Below, piece by piece: positions 10,107 to 20,120 of a DNA stretch of 64,000 nucleotides. Below the pieces are notes generated by a model, which was not told the origin of the DNA, searched no databases, and saw only the letters and a list, made by a program, of their open reading frames with translations. Positions within the stretch are counted from its first letter, which is position 1. The number at the start of each line of letters is the position of its first letter. Position numbers and translations under genes: made by a program. The DNA comes from Bdellovibrionales bacterium (GTDB taxonomy: Bacteria; Bdellovibrionota; Bdellovibrionia; Bdellovibrionales; UBA1609): positions 1,152,001 through 1,216,000 of the forward strand of contig CBDCMT010000001.1 in the NCBI GenBank assembly GCA_965219095.1, given 5' to 3'.

Positions 10107-13100
10107 TTGAAAAATTTTAAAAAAAAGTATCTTGTTGCTTTATCCTCTATGTTGGCTCATCAAGCCTTTGCAGGTTTTATGTCTTTAAACCCTCTGTTCC
10201 ATCCCTTAGCTAATGATTTAGTTTGCAACGAAGAAACAAAATTTCTTTGCAAAAAAATAGGCTTAAAGAAAGAAGAAGTTATTGATACAGAAAAACTTCT
10301 CAGCCAATCAGACTTCAAAATAGACTACTCCCTTTTTAATCCTAAGGAGAGTGATATTTGGAAAAATAGAAAGCCTATTAAAATTTCTAATCCTCGTTTA
10401 ATAGAAGATCATAAGAAGGTTAAATTTAGAGAAGTGTCTCCTGTGGGATCTGGCATGTTTCGATTTCTTATAGAAGATAAAAAGGGACAGCAATATCGTT
10501 TTATTATTGGAAGGAAGTCTCACAATATTTTATTACGGCGGGCCCTTCTAAGAAAGCTGGGATATATCGTTCCTGATTCCAGTCACGTTAAAAAAGTGTC
10601 CGTTGAATTCAAAAACTCTGTAGCATGGAGGACTTTTCTAAAAAACATGTCCTACGGTGTAGGAACTTCTAACTTATCTAGATGGGTGACTAATATAGAT
10701 AAAAAATCTCTGGAAGATCATCCAGACAAAACAAAATGGGTTATCAGAAAAGAAGCCTCATATGAGAAGAACACATTAATTCTACAAGATGTTATTGTTA
10801 CAACATCTTGGGATCAACTGTACGATTTATCTATCGTCTTCATTAGTTCTGTTATGAAGAACAGAAGAGTTTTCAATTCTCTTCTGATTCCTTATGCTTT
10901 AGTTGATGTACCAGAAAGTTTCAATAAATTCAATTGGAATATGGGAAAACAAACCAACGAACAAATTTTTTTTAAAAGTGATTTCTTAAAAGACTTTCGT
11001 ATGGGATATGAAGATGGGAAATGGATAGCAAAAAAAATACTTGATCTTGAAAGAAAAGATTTTGAAGACATTGTTAAAGAAGCTGCACTTCCTCAACCTG
11101 TATCTCTTCTAGCTATAGAAAAACTCATTTCTAGGAGGAATTCTTTGTGCCTTATTTTCTTTCCTAATAAACAGTCATGTATTATGGAAATTGATTTTAA
11201 AAAAACAGATCCGCAACATCCTCATCTTTTGAAAAACGGTCGCCTCCTCTTAGATACTAAAAATGGTGATCCTAAAGATTCAGACCATTGGTGGGAGGGT
11301 TATGGCTCTCGATTTTCTTATGGCCCTGATGAAGCTCCTCTTTCACGAAAAGAAATGACAGCCTTTTTTACATCTCAAATCTTTAGTAATCTTATCTCTA
11401 ATTTTGTAAGTGATATCAACAAAGATTTTCTCCCTAACTCAGATAACAGTATTCAAAGGAAAGCCTATAAAGAGTATACTGAAGATTATCAAAACCAAAT
11501 CATCGAAAGAATCATGGAGGGTAAAGAACCTAAAAATAGAATCACCTCTCTTAAAAATTGGTCAAAAGATATTCTTTATGTTCGCCTAAATGCTTCTCGA
11601 GATATTATTTTTGGAGGTTATTTAGGAACAAGCCACAACATTCAATTAGTTCACTCTTTTGGATGGGCTGTAGATGCAGGTTGGTTTTTAGGATCTCATG
11701 GTGGTCCTAGGGATCTCTCTCTTTCTGGAAGATCTGGCTTAGCTTACTCAGAAAATTACACGCAAGTCACCCCCTCTATAAGTATAAAAGAGGCCAATAA
11801 GACTCCTTATAAAAACATCTTTGTTCATTTTATGATGAAAAAAGTAAGTGAGAAATTAAACAAGGTAAATGATCTGAAAAAAAAGAAAGAGATGGATTTT
11901 CAAAACAATCCTCAATCTACGAAAAAAATAAAAGAGGAGGAAGAAAAATTAAGAAACGAATTAAGTGAAATTTTAAATGAGCATTTAAAGGTGGGAGAAT
12001 CTTTTATCATTACAAGAAATATAGGACCTTTTGCAGCTTTAAATGCCATTTTATCTATCAGCCCTCATACAAAATTATCTTTGAATTTAAGAAATCAAAT
12101 TACAGAGTTAGAAAGAGTTCATATTCTTAGAAAAGACCAAAATACAGTTCACATTTATTCCTCTAATGCTACTCGTTTTAATTGGGGCTTCACTCTACAA
12201 TTAAGAAAATGGATACCTATTTTTACTTATAAAAATAGAAAGGCCAGATCTGTTCTGAAGCCTGTAAATGTAAAATTCCTTTCTTTAAATATACTTCCAG
12301 ACATCAAAAAAAACCCTGAATTTGAACAAAATTCTATAGTTTTGAAGAACTTTTTTTCTGAACCTTTAAGCACAGAAAATATTTCAGATTTCATTGATGC
12401 GAAAGATTATGTTGAACTATCTAGCCATTTTACAGAAAGTTTCAAAGATTTTAAATTTTTATGGCAATCCTCATCCACTTTAGAGCAAAATAATATTATT
12501 AAAGTAAAAGAATACAAAAATAAGGAGCCTTTTCAAAAAAAATTCATTTGGGCATCTTCAGGTAAAAGGACTGGAGTTAATTATCAAAGTGTATTTCTTG
12601 ATATCTTAAACCATATTATAGAAGAAAATTTAGGCCTTGAAGACATTAATGTGGGATTAACAAACACAAATCGACCTTCAGAAACTATTTTTGGCCATTC
12701 TACAGTCCAGCAGTCTTTCTATGAGGGAGTGATCGAAGAAGAAACACAAAACGTAAAAGAAGCTTTTGTCAACGTTTCTTATCGCTGGAAAGGCTGGGCT
12801 CTTTCTAAAGAAAAGCTGGAAGCATTAATACGCAAACTCAATTCCTTTCAAAAATCCTTACAGGTCAAAACAAACCTTCCACCTCTTCCTATTAGTTCTT
12901 TTTCTCTAACAAATCAGCTTCAACTTTATTCTATCTTTTATAATATTTATATCTATGAAAAAGGAATCCAAAATATAGCTAATTGGGGAAAGCCTTTGGA
13001 CTCACATAAATTAGATAAAAAAAATTATGAAAAAAGAAGATCCGAAAATCTTTACAAACTTTTTGAAATGTATGGAGGTTTTCATAATGTAAATTGTGAT

Positions 13101-13496
13101 CATACTGAATCTTTTAGTATGGGAGGAGATTGCTACTTGTATGCTAAACGACGTCTCATCGATGCTTTCAAAAAGGCTCAAGATCTTTACCAAAAAACTA
13201 TAAAAACAAGCCAATATAAAAAAATAGCAAGAACTACATTAAATATGACTCTGGCACTTGAGCCGATAAATTTTGATGGTCTGATCAATGCAATAGGAGG
13301 AAGTACTCATATTTACACAAAAACAGGTGCTTTTGGCTATAGAGAAGGGGATGAAGGCAATCACAAACCTATTTTTGGAAATTCGAAAGGAAAGCTCCCA
13401 GAACAAAAAAATTTAGGTCCTATTCAACACACTCGTAATAGATTAGGAATTTCAGAAGGCGAGCTTTATCTTTATTGGCTTTTAAGGAGGCTTTAA
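10107..13496 (+). CDS. Large secreted hypothetical protein (1129 aa)
   Basis: Signal peptide ending QAFA; long uninterrupted ORF; adjacent to an S8 protease gene. Confidence 0.85.
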   Translation: MKNFKKKYLVALSSMLAHQAFAGFMSLNPLFHPLANDLVCNEETKFLCKKIGLKKEEVIDTEKLLSQSDFKIDYSLFNPKESDIWKNRKPIKISNPRLIEDHKKVKFREVSPVGSGMFRFLIEDKKGQQYRFIIGRKSHNILLRRALLRKLGYIVPDSSHVKKVSVEFKNSVAWRTFLKNMSYGVGTSNLSRWVTNIDKKSLEDHPDKTKWVIRKEASYEKNTLILQDVIVTTSWDQLYDLSIVFISSVMKNRRVFNSLLIPYALVDVPESFNKFNWNMGKQTNEQIFFKSDFLKDFRMGYEDGKWIAKKILDLERKDFEDIVKEAALPQPVSLLAIEKLISRRNSLCLIFFPNKQSCIMEIDFKKTDPQHPHLLKNGRLLLDTKNGDPKDSDHWWEGYGSRFSYGPDEAPLSRKEMTAFFTSQIFSNLISNFVSDINKDFLPNSDNSIQRKAYKEYTEDYQNQIIERIMEGKEPKNRITSLKNWSKDILYVRLNASRDIIFGGYLGTSHNIQLVHSFGWAVDAGWFLGSHGGPRDLSLSGRSGLAYSENYTQVTPSISIKEANKTPYKNIFVHFMMKKVSEKLNKVNDLKKKKEMDFQNNPQSTKKIKEEEEKLRNELSEILNEHLKVGESFIITRNIGPFAALNAILSISPHTKLSLNLRNQITELERVHILRKDQNTVHIYSSNATRFNWGFTLQLRKWIPIFTYKNRKARSVLKPVNVKFLSLNILPDIKKNPEFEQNSIVLKNFFSEPLSTENISDFIDAKDYVELSSHFTESFKDFKFLWQSSSTLEQNNIIKVKEYKNKEPFQKKFIWASSGKRTGVNYQSVFLDILNHIIEENLGLEDINVGLTNTNRPSETIFGHSTVQQSFYEGVIEEETQNVKEAFVNVSYRWKGWALSKEKLEALIRKLNSFQKSLQVKTNLPPLPISSFSLTNQLQLYSIFYNIYIYEKGIQNIANWGKPLDSHKLDKKNYEKRRSENLYKLFEMYGGFHNVNCDHTESFSMGGDCYLYAKRRLIDAFKKAQDLYQKTIKTSQYKKIARTTLNMTLALEPINFDGLINAIGGSTHIYTKTGAFGYREGDEGNHKPIFGNSKGKLPEQKNLGPIQHTRNRLGISEGELYLYWLLRRL

Positions 13497-16400
13497 TGAA
13501 ACAAATGTTAATTTTTATTTTATGTTTTTTTTTTCTCTCTCTTCCTGCAACCATAAAACCTCATAGTAATTTTAACCCATACTTCAATGATCCTTTTTTT
13601 GTTTACCAATGGGGGCTTTCAGCTCAAAATCAAATTTTTATCAAAGATTTAACTGACATTAAATCAAAAAAAATTCATATTTCCCCAAAAGCTTCTATTG
13701 GTTTTTTTGAACCCCATAACCAGCCACTCACAGCTAAAATGAAAAAGGAAGTGGTGGTTGCTGTCATAGATTCTGGTTTAGATATATCTCATAAAGATTT
13801 AAAAGGAACTATATCTTTAAGCTCAGATTGTAACGAACTCCACCTCCCTCCAACTGGAAAAGCCCACGACATCAAAGACAAGGATAAGAATGGTTACAGG
13901 GGGGATTGTATGGGATGGAACTTTTCCGTTAAAGATGGAAACAACAAAGTTTACGATGATAAGGGACATGGAACTCACGTATCTAGCATCATATCAGCAA
14001 CTTCTAATAATGATGAAGGAATTGCAAGCCTCTCTGCACAAATTAAAATTCTACCCATTAAAATTTTTCGCAACACAACAGAAAAAGAGAAATCTACATA
14101 TAGAGAAGAAAAAGAAAACTATAGTATTGATTTTTCAGAAAACATCATCAAAAAAGCCATAGATTATGCAGTTTCTAAAAATGTTGATGTTATTAATATG
14201 AGTTTTGGTTGGCCTTTGGTGATTCAACATCCTTCTTTAACAGAATCCCTTCAAAAAGCTCTTGATAAAAATATTACAATTGTTGCTGCTGCGGGAAACA
14301 GCCACCACAATGCCTTTATTTTACCATGTGCTATTGAGGGAGTTTTATGCGTGGGTGCTTCAAATGGACTAGGAAAATTAGCAGAATTTTCTAATTATGG
14401 AGGCCATGTGGATCTCTTAGCTCCAGGAGAAGAAATTTTTGGAGCCCTTCCTCTATCACAAGCCACATATGAAAGAACTTTTTCTATTCCAGGCTATGGT
14501 CCTTTGACGGGAACAAGCCAAGCAGCACCTTGGGTTTCATCTGCTGTTGCTTTTTTAAAAGGAATTTTCCCTCAAATTCAAAATGATGAAATTAAAGCCA
14601 GATTATTTCTAAGTTCCTCTCATTTTGACGAACACAAAAAAACTCTTCATGGACTTTTTAATTTAAAAAAAGCAATTGAAGTCAAAAAAAACCCCGTTAT
14701 AAGACCTATATTTAAAAGTCAGAAGGAAGTGGAATTGATAAATGGTCAAGCTAAAATAAAATTTAAATTAAAAAATTACTGGGAGACGACAAAAAATTCT
14801 ATCAAGATTTCTGTTTCAACAATAGATCCCCCTATTCAAAAGTATAGTTTTACGTATCCACAAGGTTTAAAAAACAAAGAGATCAAAACGATTTCCTTTA
14901 ATCTTTCTCTTCCCTATGAATGGGTACATAGCAAGATTTCTCTTCTTGTCTCCATTCAAGAGGGAGATGGTAAAAAAGAAGATTTTTTTCATGAAGTGGA
15001 TGTTTTTAAAAGCTTTCAACTATTTTCTTCACAAAAAATATCAATCCCAATTAATCATGAAATTCAACTTTTATTAAAAGAACGTTTTAAAAGTAAAAGG
15101 GGCATTACACCTTTCTTTGAAATAGGGAAACCTTCAGGATCTCCTAGTTATTATTTAACCAAAACTGAAGAAGGGGGAACAAAAGTTTTTATTTGGAAAA
15201 AAGGGAGATACGGCCTTGATCTCAAAGAGGTTTTTATTCCTAATCTATTAAATGGACAAGGAACACTATCCCCTTCTCTTATTAAATATGACTTTAATCA
15301 TGACGGGAAAGATGATTATCTTATTAGCGGGCTTTCAAAAAAACATGATGAGTCTAATAAAGATTTTGAACAAACTGTTTTATTTTCTTTTTTCGATCAC
15401 AACCTGGAACCTCTATTTAAAAACATTTCTCATCATTGGAAACAAAAATTTCAAAGAATAGTTTTTAGATGGGAGAATCCTAAAGTGAGATTTTTAACTT
15501 ATTCTTTTGAAGGTGAGAAGATAAGCCTTCCTTTTCTTATAGGAAGAAATTACCCTCCTGAAAAAGATCTTCTTACACATCCAGATGATGCTTTTTTAAA
15601 TAGGAATAGAAATTATATTTTCTATTTACATCCTGTCATTAAAAGAAATTCCCAAGGTAATGAGGAGGTAATTTTAGAAGAAAGGATTCTAGATTCTTAT
15701 CATTTCATGAAAAACTTAAAAGAAAAATTAACTCTACACCAAAAATCAGAGAAAAATATCCCTGAAAATCTAAATGCTGAAAACCCTCTAACTACCTTAC
15801 AGTTTCTTTCTTTGTTTCCTCAAAAAAACAAGGAAGAATTAAAGGGTCTTCTAGCTATAGGGGAGGGGGGAAGCAAAAAATACTACATCATTCACTGGAA
15901 AAGTAAGTTTTTAGAAAATAACTTTAAAGAAGCAGATTATGACATACGCAGCTTAGATTATGGAAATAAAAAATTAGATGGAAACACACTTCAAACTCTC
16001 TTTCGCATTTCTAAAGACAAGGTTCTTCCTTCGGAATCTTATGTCTTTATTCGACATTACAAAGATTTAGAAAAGCCCTCAAGAGTACTCATAAGTGGAT
16101 CAGAGAATAACTCTAAAACTGCTAGTGTGTTTACCCCTTCCTTTAAAAATAAAAGTGATAGGTTGACTTACTTTAAAAAAGCGTATGAAACAGATGAGCA
16201 TTACATTGTTTTTTATGAATCTCAAAATCAAATTATAGCAAAAACTATACCTCTTTCAAAAAAAGACAACTTAGAAAACTTTACAAGAGAAAATAAAGAG
16301 GGAAAAACTTTCTTTAAGCGAGTCATTCGCTCCGCTCTATTTCCAGATGTCTTTTTTAGCGAAAGACTTTCTCCTTTAGTGATTAAGAGAGGGACAGTTT

Positions 16401-16645
16401 TAAAACCAGCTCTATATGTCAATGCATCAGAAATCTACTCTCAAAAAGTTTTCCTTTGGTTCCTTGATGAACACAAGGGAGAATTTTTTGCACCTATAAA
16501 GTACAGCCTTAAAGTTCCTAAAAATTGTCTTAGTTTAAAACCTACTCCTTACGGCGAAGGTGATGAATATAAAGCAGTTTTTATGTGCCAAAGAAAAAAA
16601 GACTCCAACATCTTTTGGACCCTTTATTATTACACTTTTAATTAG
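13496..16645 (+). CDS. Secreted S8 (subtilase) serine protease with long C-terminal extension
   Basis: VAVIDSG, HGTHV, AAAGN and GTSQAAP catalytic motifs; DFNHDGKDD motif; probable ATG at 13496 overlaps the upstream stop. Confidence 0.92.
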   Translation: MKQMLIFILCFFFLSLPATIKPHSNFNPYFNDPFFVYQWGLSAQNQIFIKDLTDIKSKKIHISPKASIGFFEPHNQPLTAKMKKEVVVAVIDSGLDISHKDLKGTISLSSDCNELHLPPTGKAHDIKDKDKNGYRGDCMGWNFSVKDGNNKVYDDKGHGTHVSSIISATSNNDEGIASLSAQIKILPIKIFRNTTEKEKSTYREEKENYSIDFSENIIKKAIDYAVSKNVDVINMSFGWPLVIQHPSLTESLQKALDKNITIVAAAGNSHHNAFILPCAIEGVLCVGASNGLGKLAEFSNYGGHVDLLAPGEEIFGALPLSQATYERTFSIPGYGPLTGTSQAAPWVSSAVAFLKGIFPQIQNDEIKARLFLSSSHFDEHKKTLHGLFNLKKAIEVKKNPVIRPIFKSQKEVELINGQAKIKFKLKNYWETTKNSIKISVSTIDPPIQKYSFTYPQGLKNKEIKTISFNLSLPYEWVHSKISLLVSIQEGDGKKEDFFHEVDVFKSFQLFSSQKISIPINHEIQLLLKERFKSKRGITPFFEIGKPSGSPSYYLTKTEEGGTKVFIWKKGRYGLDLKEVFIPNLLNGQGTLSPSLIKYDFNHDGKDDYLISGLSKKHDESNKDFEQTVLFSFFDHNLEPLFKNISHHWKQKFQRIVFRWENPKVRFLTYSFEGEKISLPFLIGRNYPPEKDLLTHPDDAFLNRNRNYIFYLHPVIKRNSQGNEEVILEERILDSYHFMKNLKEKLTLHQKSEKNIPENLNAENPLTTLQFLSLFPQKNKEELKGLLAIGEGGSKKYYIIHWKSKFLENNFKEADYDIRSLDYGNKKLDGNTLQTLFRISKDKVLPSESYVFIRHYKDLEKPSRVLISGSENNSKTASVFTPSFKNKSDRLTYFKKAYETDEHYIVFYESQNQIIAKTIPLSKKDNLENFTRENKEGKTFFKRVIRSALFPDVFFSERLSPLVIKRGTVLKPALYVNASEIYSQKVFLWFLDEHKGEFFAPIKYSLKVPKNCLSLKPTPYGEGDEYKAVFMCQRKKDSNIFWTLYYYTFN

Positions 16646-16799
16646 GGCATGTCGTCAATTAATCTAACCAAACCATAAAGAAGCTAACATAACTTAAAGC
16701 TAAGAAGTGTTTTCTCTTTTTGATAGACATACCGGGAGACCTTTGAGTGCATATTGATAACAATTACAGAAATTAATTCGACGGTAAATCAAAAAGACA

Positions 16800-16917
16800 G
16801 GTCACTGGTTTAAGCCATGATAGTGACCCTAAAGTACTTGCAGAAGGAGGTGAGCTTTTCGAGACAAATTCTAAACCCTTTAGCTGGCCTGGTTTTTAAG
16901 GCCTCAAAGGGAAAAGC
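16800..16917 (+). ncRNA. Structured 5' non-coding region of the IS110 element
   Basis: Stems GGTCACT/AGTGACC, GCTTTTC/GAAAAGC, CCCTTT/AAAGGG, GGCCT/AGGCC; second copy near 53612-53729. Confidence 0.5.
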
Positions 16918-16985
16918 AAAAAAAAGATGTAAAATAGGATTTCAAGACTTTATTTATAAATAAACCAACAAAGGAGGAAAATAAA

Positions 16986-19454
16986 ATGTATGATCACTAT
17001 ATAGCCGTAGATTGGGCACAAAGTAACATGGCCATTTCAAGGATGACAGGCAAATCAAAAGATATTAAGAAAGACTATGGACACGATTTCAGATCTTGGG
17101 AATCTTCGTGCCTATTTAAAAACTCTGAAAGGTAAGAAGATATTGACTATCGAAGAGACTACAACTTCGATAGTGGTTGTATTCAGAATTAAAGGATAGT
17201 GTTGATGAGTTCATAGTCTGTGATCCTCTTCGGAACAAACTTTTAAGTGAAGGGGCTAAAACTGATAAAATTGATGCTGAAAAACTTGTTTTATTGTTAC
17301 GCTCTGGCCTTTTGAAACCAGTTTTTCACTCAGGTGATGAATTCATTTACCTTCGTAAGATTGTCAGTGGGTATGAAGATGTGGTTAAAAGAGGAGTTCG
17401 TGTTAAAAACCAAAGATCAGCTCTGTTTCGAGCTTCCCATCTTGATGCTAAGAAGCAGACTCAATTAAAACGGGCAGAAGAGATATATTTGTTCTAGTGT
17501 TCTGACCAGTAAATTTTTTCACAATTTTCAAGCCTTTAATCCAGGTCATTTTATTAAATTATTTTTATATTAAAAAGAATAAAAGTGAAATGTTTAGAGT
17601 TATACCAATTCCAAAAGTTAATTCTACATTTTCATGTATAAGTTTGGATTTTTACTTCTAGAAATTTATAACTTTTAAGTATGGGTAAAGAGTGTATCAA
17701 ATTCATTGGAAAGATATGATTTTCTAATGTTTATATACAATTTAGTTTACAGGCTCTTACAGGCTCTTACAGGCTCGTCTCATTTTTTATAATGGAACTT
17801 TTCTCTGGCTGATTTTCTTGAAAAATTCCATTTTATTATAATCTTCCGTCTGTTCATAATATTCACCCAAGCCTTGGTTCTTTTTCTTAAAGTTTCTATG
17901 TCAGGTATTCTTGATTTTCCTAAACATTGACGAGAGTACATATTGATTGCAATTTCTGCTTGATTTAACCAACTTCCATGACTCGGAGTATAATGAACCT
18001 CAAAGCGAGACCATAGATGCAAACCTCGATCTTTTCCATAAAAATCAGTAAGACTTTTTTTTCTATGAGTGTTCAAATTATCCATAACTAGAACAATCTT
18101 CTTGGAATCAGAATAATGTCTCTCAACAGAAGATAAAAACTTAGCAAAATCCGGACCTGTCCTTCTCTCTGTTACCTTATTCATATAAAAACCTCTCTTA
18201 GGCTCCACAGCACAGAAAACATTTGCTGTACCCTCTCTTTTATACTCATAATCTACTTTTTTTACTTCCGAGGGATGACAACCCGATGGAGGACGAACAT
18301 CATCAAGTAACTGAAGAGGCTTTTCATCAATACACACAACAGGCTTTCCTTTAATCGGAGGCTTCTCATACACTTTCAAAACATCCTCCATCCTCTCTAT
18401 AAATTCATCATTAAGCTCTGGTACACACCAACTCTTCTGTTGCCAAGGTTTTAGATCATGTTCTAAAAGAATAATCCTAACTTTTTCTTTGCTAATAGAG
18501 TCTACAATCTTGTTTTTTTCTGCCCTCTCTTTAATGAGCTCTAAAGTCCATCGATCAAAGCCCTCCGGAGGATCTGAGCAGACTATAGCTATAATCTTTG
18601 ACTTTATGCGATCATCAAACTTTGGAGGTTTTCCAGGACGAGGATCATCTTCAAGAGCTTTTTTCAGCCCAGAATTCTCATAGTTTTTTTGGATGTTGAA
18701 AACAGTTCTAGGAGTTATCTCTAAGTAATCTGCTGTCTCTATGGCAGTTAAATTTTTGTTCCTTAAGTTTAGAACATTGGCTCGATATATGGCTCTTGGA
18801 TTTTTAGACTTCTTTATAATTTTAAGAATTTCTCTCTTATCTTTTGGCTTTAATAAATTTAACATATGAGTATTAAAACATAAAAAAAAAATAAATAAAA
18901 TGACCTGGATTAAAGGCTTGAAAATTATGAAAAAAATTACTGGTCAGAACACTAGAAGGCTTAGATAAAGCTATCAGTTCTTATGGGGAGGAGAAAGCAC
19001 GTTATGAAGCAGAGTTTAAGAGGCTAAGTAAAAAACACAAAGATATTAGAAATCTTAATAGCATTCCAGGAATTGGTTCTATCAAGGCTATCAAGATTGT
19101 AGCCAGGGTTGTAGTGCCTCACCGATTTAAACGTAATTTCTGGTGGAGTGGACTGCGGACTTGTAAAGCTACATAAAATGAGTGGTGGAAGGTCTTATGG
19201 AACTAAGAAGTCTAGATTTTGTCCACAAATGAAAAGTGTTTTTAAGATAGCTGCACTCTCAGTTATAGGAAATAACAATGAATTTAATGATTTTTATGAA
19301 GAATTGATCAAAAAAAATTTACCACCACACACTGCTAGAAACGCTACCAACTAGAAGAATTGCAGCTTTAACTTTAGGTGTTTTCAAGTCTGGGAAAAAA
19401 TATAAACCTTATGGAGAACGTAAAAATGTAAATAATAATAAAACAACCTTATAA
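16986..19454 (+). pseudogene. IS110-family DEDD recombinase, frameshifted and split by an IS630 insertion
   Basis: YIAVDWAQ, TIEE, KTDKIDA, SIPGIG, KMSGG motifs; element spans 16783-19841. Confidence 0.92.
17497..18952 (-). mobile_element. Intact IS630-family element type C (transposase 17780..18865)
   Basis: About 60-bp IRs starting GTGTTCTGACCAGTAA; TA duplicated within CTAG (empty site near 54302); CIDEKP, VMDNLNTH, SWLNQAE motifs. Confidence 0.95.
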
Positions 19455-19469
19455 AATCATCTGTTTAAA

Positions 19470-19737
19470 GTTTCTTGCATAGTAAGTAACAATACAAATA
19501 ATGACTTTATGAGGTGAGGATAGATAGCTTAATAAAAATGATATTTATAAAAAATTCATTTCGACGAATAGCACATCCTCTATTCCTAAAATTTACTATA
19601 ATCTAAGGTTTTAAATCTTTGGAATAAATTCATGATTTAAAACTAAAAAAGGTTCATATAGACGAATAATAGGAATATGTTTGTTTTACAATGTGTAAAG
19701 GAAGAGTCATTAAAAAATGGAAAGGAAATGCAGGAAG
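19470..19737 (+). ncRNA. Candidate bridge/seekRNA in the IS110 3' non-coding end
   Basis: Nested stems TAATGACT/AGTCATTA, GAGGAT/ATCCTC, TATTCCTA/TAGGAATA, GTTTTAAATC/GATTTAAAAC; two internal loops share TTCAT-NNN-GACGAATA. Confidence 0.75.
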
Positions 19738-19820
19738 TTTTTTCTTAGGTGATTAAAATATTCGTGACCGTATGCAAAAAAAATTTTTTATATTTTTTGT
19801 AAATGGAGAAGTGTTTTTTC

Positions 19821-19826
19821 TTGACA
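19821..19826 (+). promoter_or_regulatory. Outward-facing -35 box in the IS110 right end (possible circle-junction promoter half)
   Basis: TTGACA 15 bp before the element end; retained in the 1291-1435 fragment. Confidence 0.5.
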
Positions 19827-20120
19827 TACTTTTTGATAGACACTCTAAAAATTTAACAGAGTTTGATTAAAAAGCCAGAGGCTATGCGTTAAAAGAATGT
19901 CGAATTAATTTTTGGAAATGGTATAATTATAGGCTTTTACTTGAAATGAAAATCAATTACACAATTTGATTGATAGACTTAGGATCTGATTTACAGAATC
20001 TTTACAAACTCTAAGCGGGCTTCCTTATGTTGGCTACCCGCTTTATTTTTTTCTTTAAATCTGTTCTTATGATCACACTACTACTTTTTGAACTCTATAC
20101 ATACAATTTTACTTCGCATA

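Larger units (their letters stand above)
16758..19923 (+). mobile_element. Composite element: IS630-B terminal sequences enclosing an IS110 element (itself interrupted by IS630-C)
   Basis: 16758-16782 matches the IS630-B 3' IR; 19842-19923 matches the IS630-B 5' end (60345-60427). Confidence 0.85.

Noticed and set aside
19455..19841. Group II intron or TnpB omega-RNA explanation for the structured region
   Set aside because: No reverse transcriptase or TnpB ORF and no recognisable domain V; the adjacent gene is an IS110 recombinase and the loops match its junctions.
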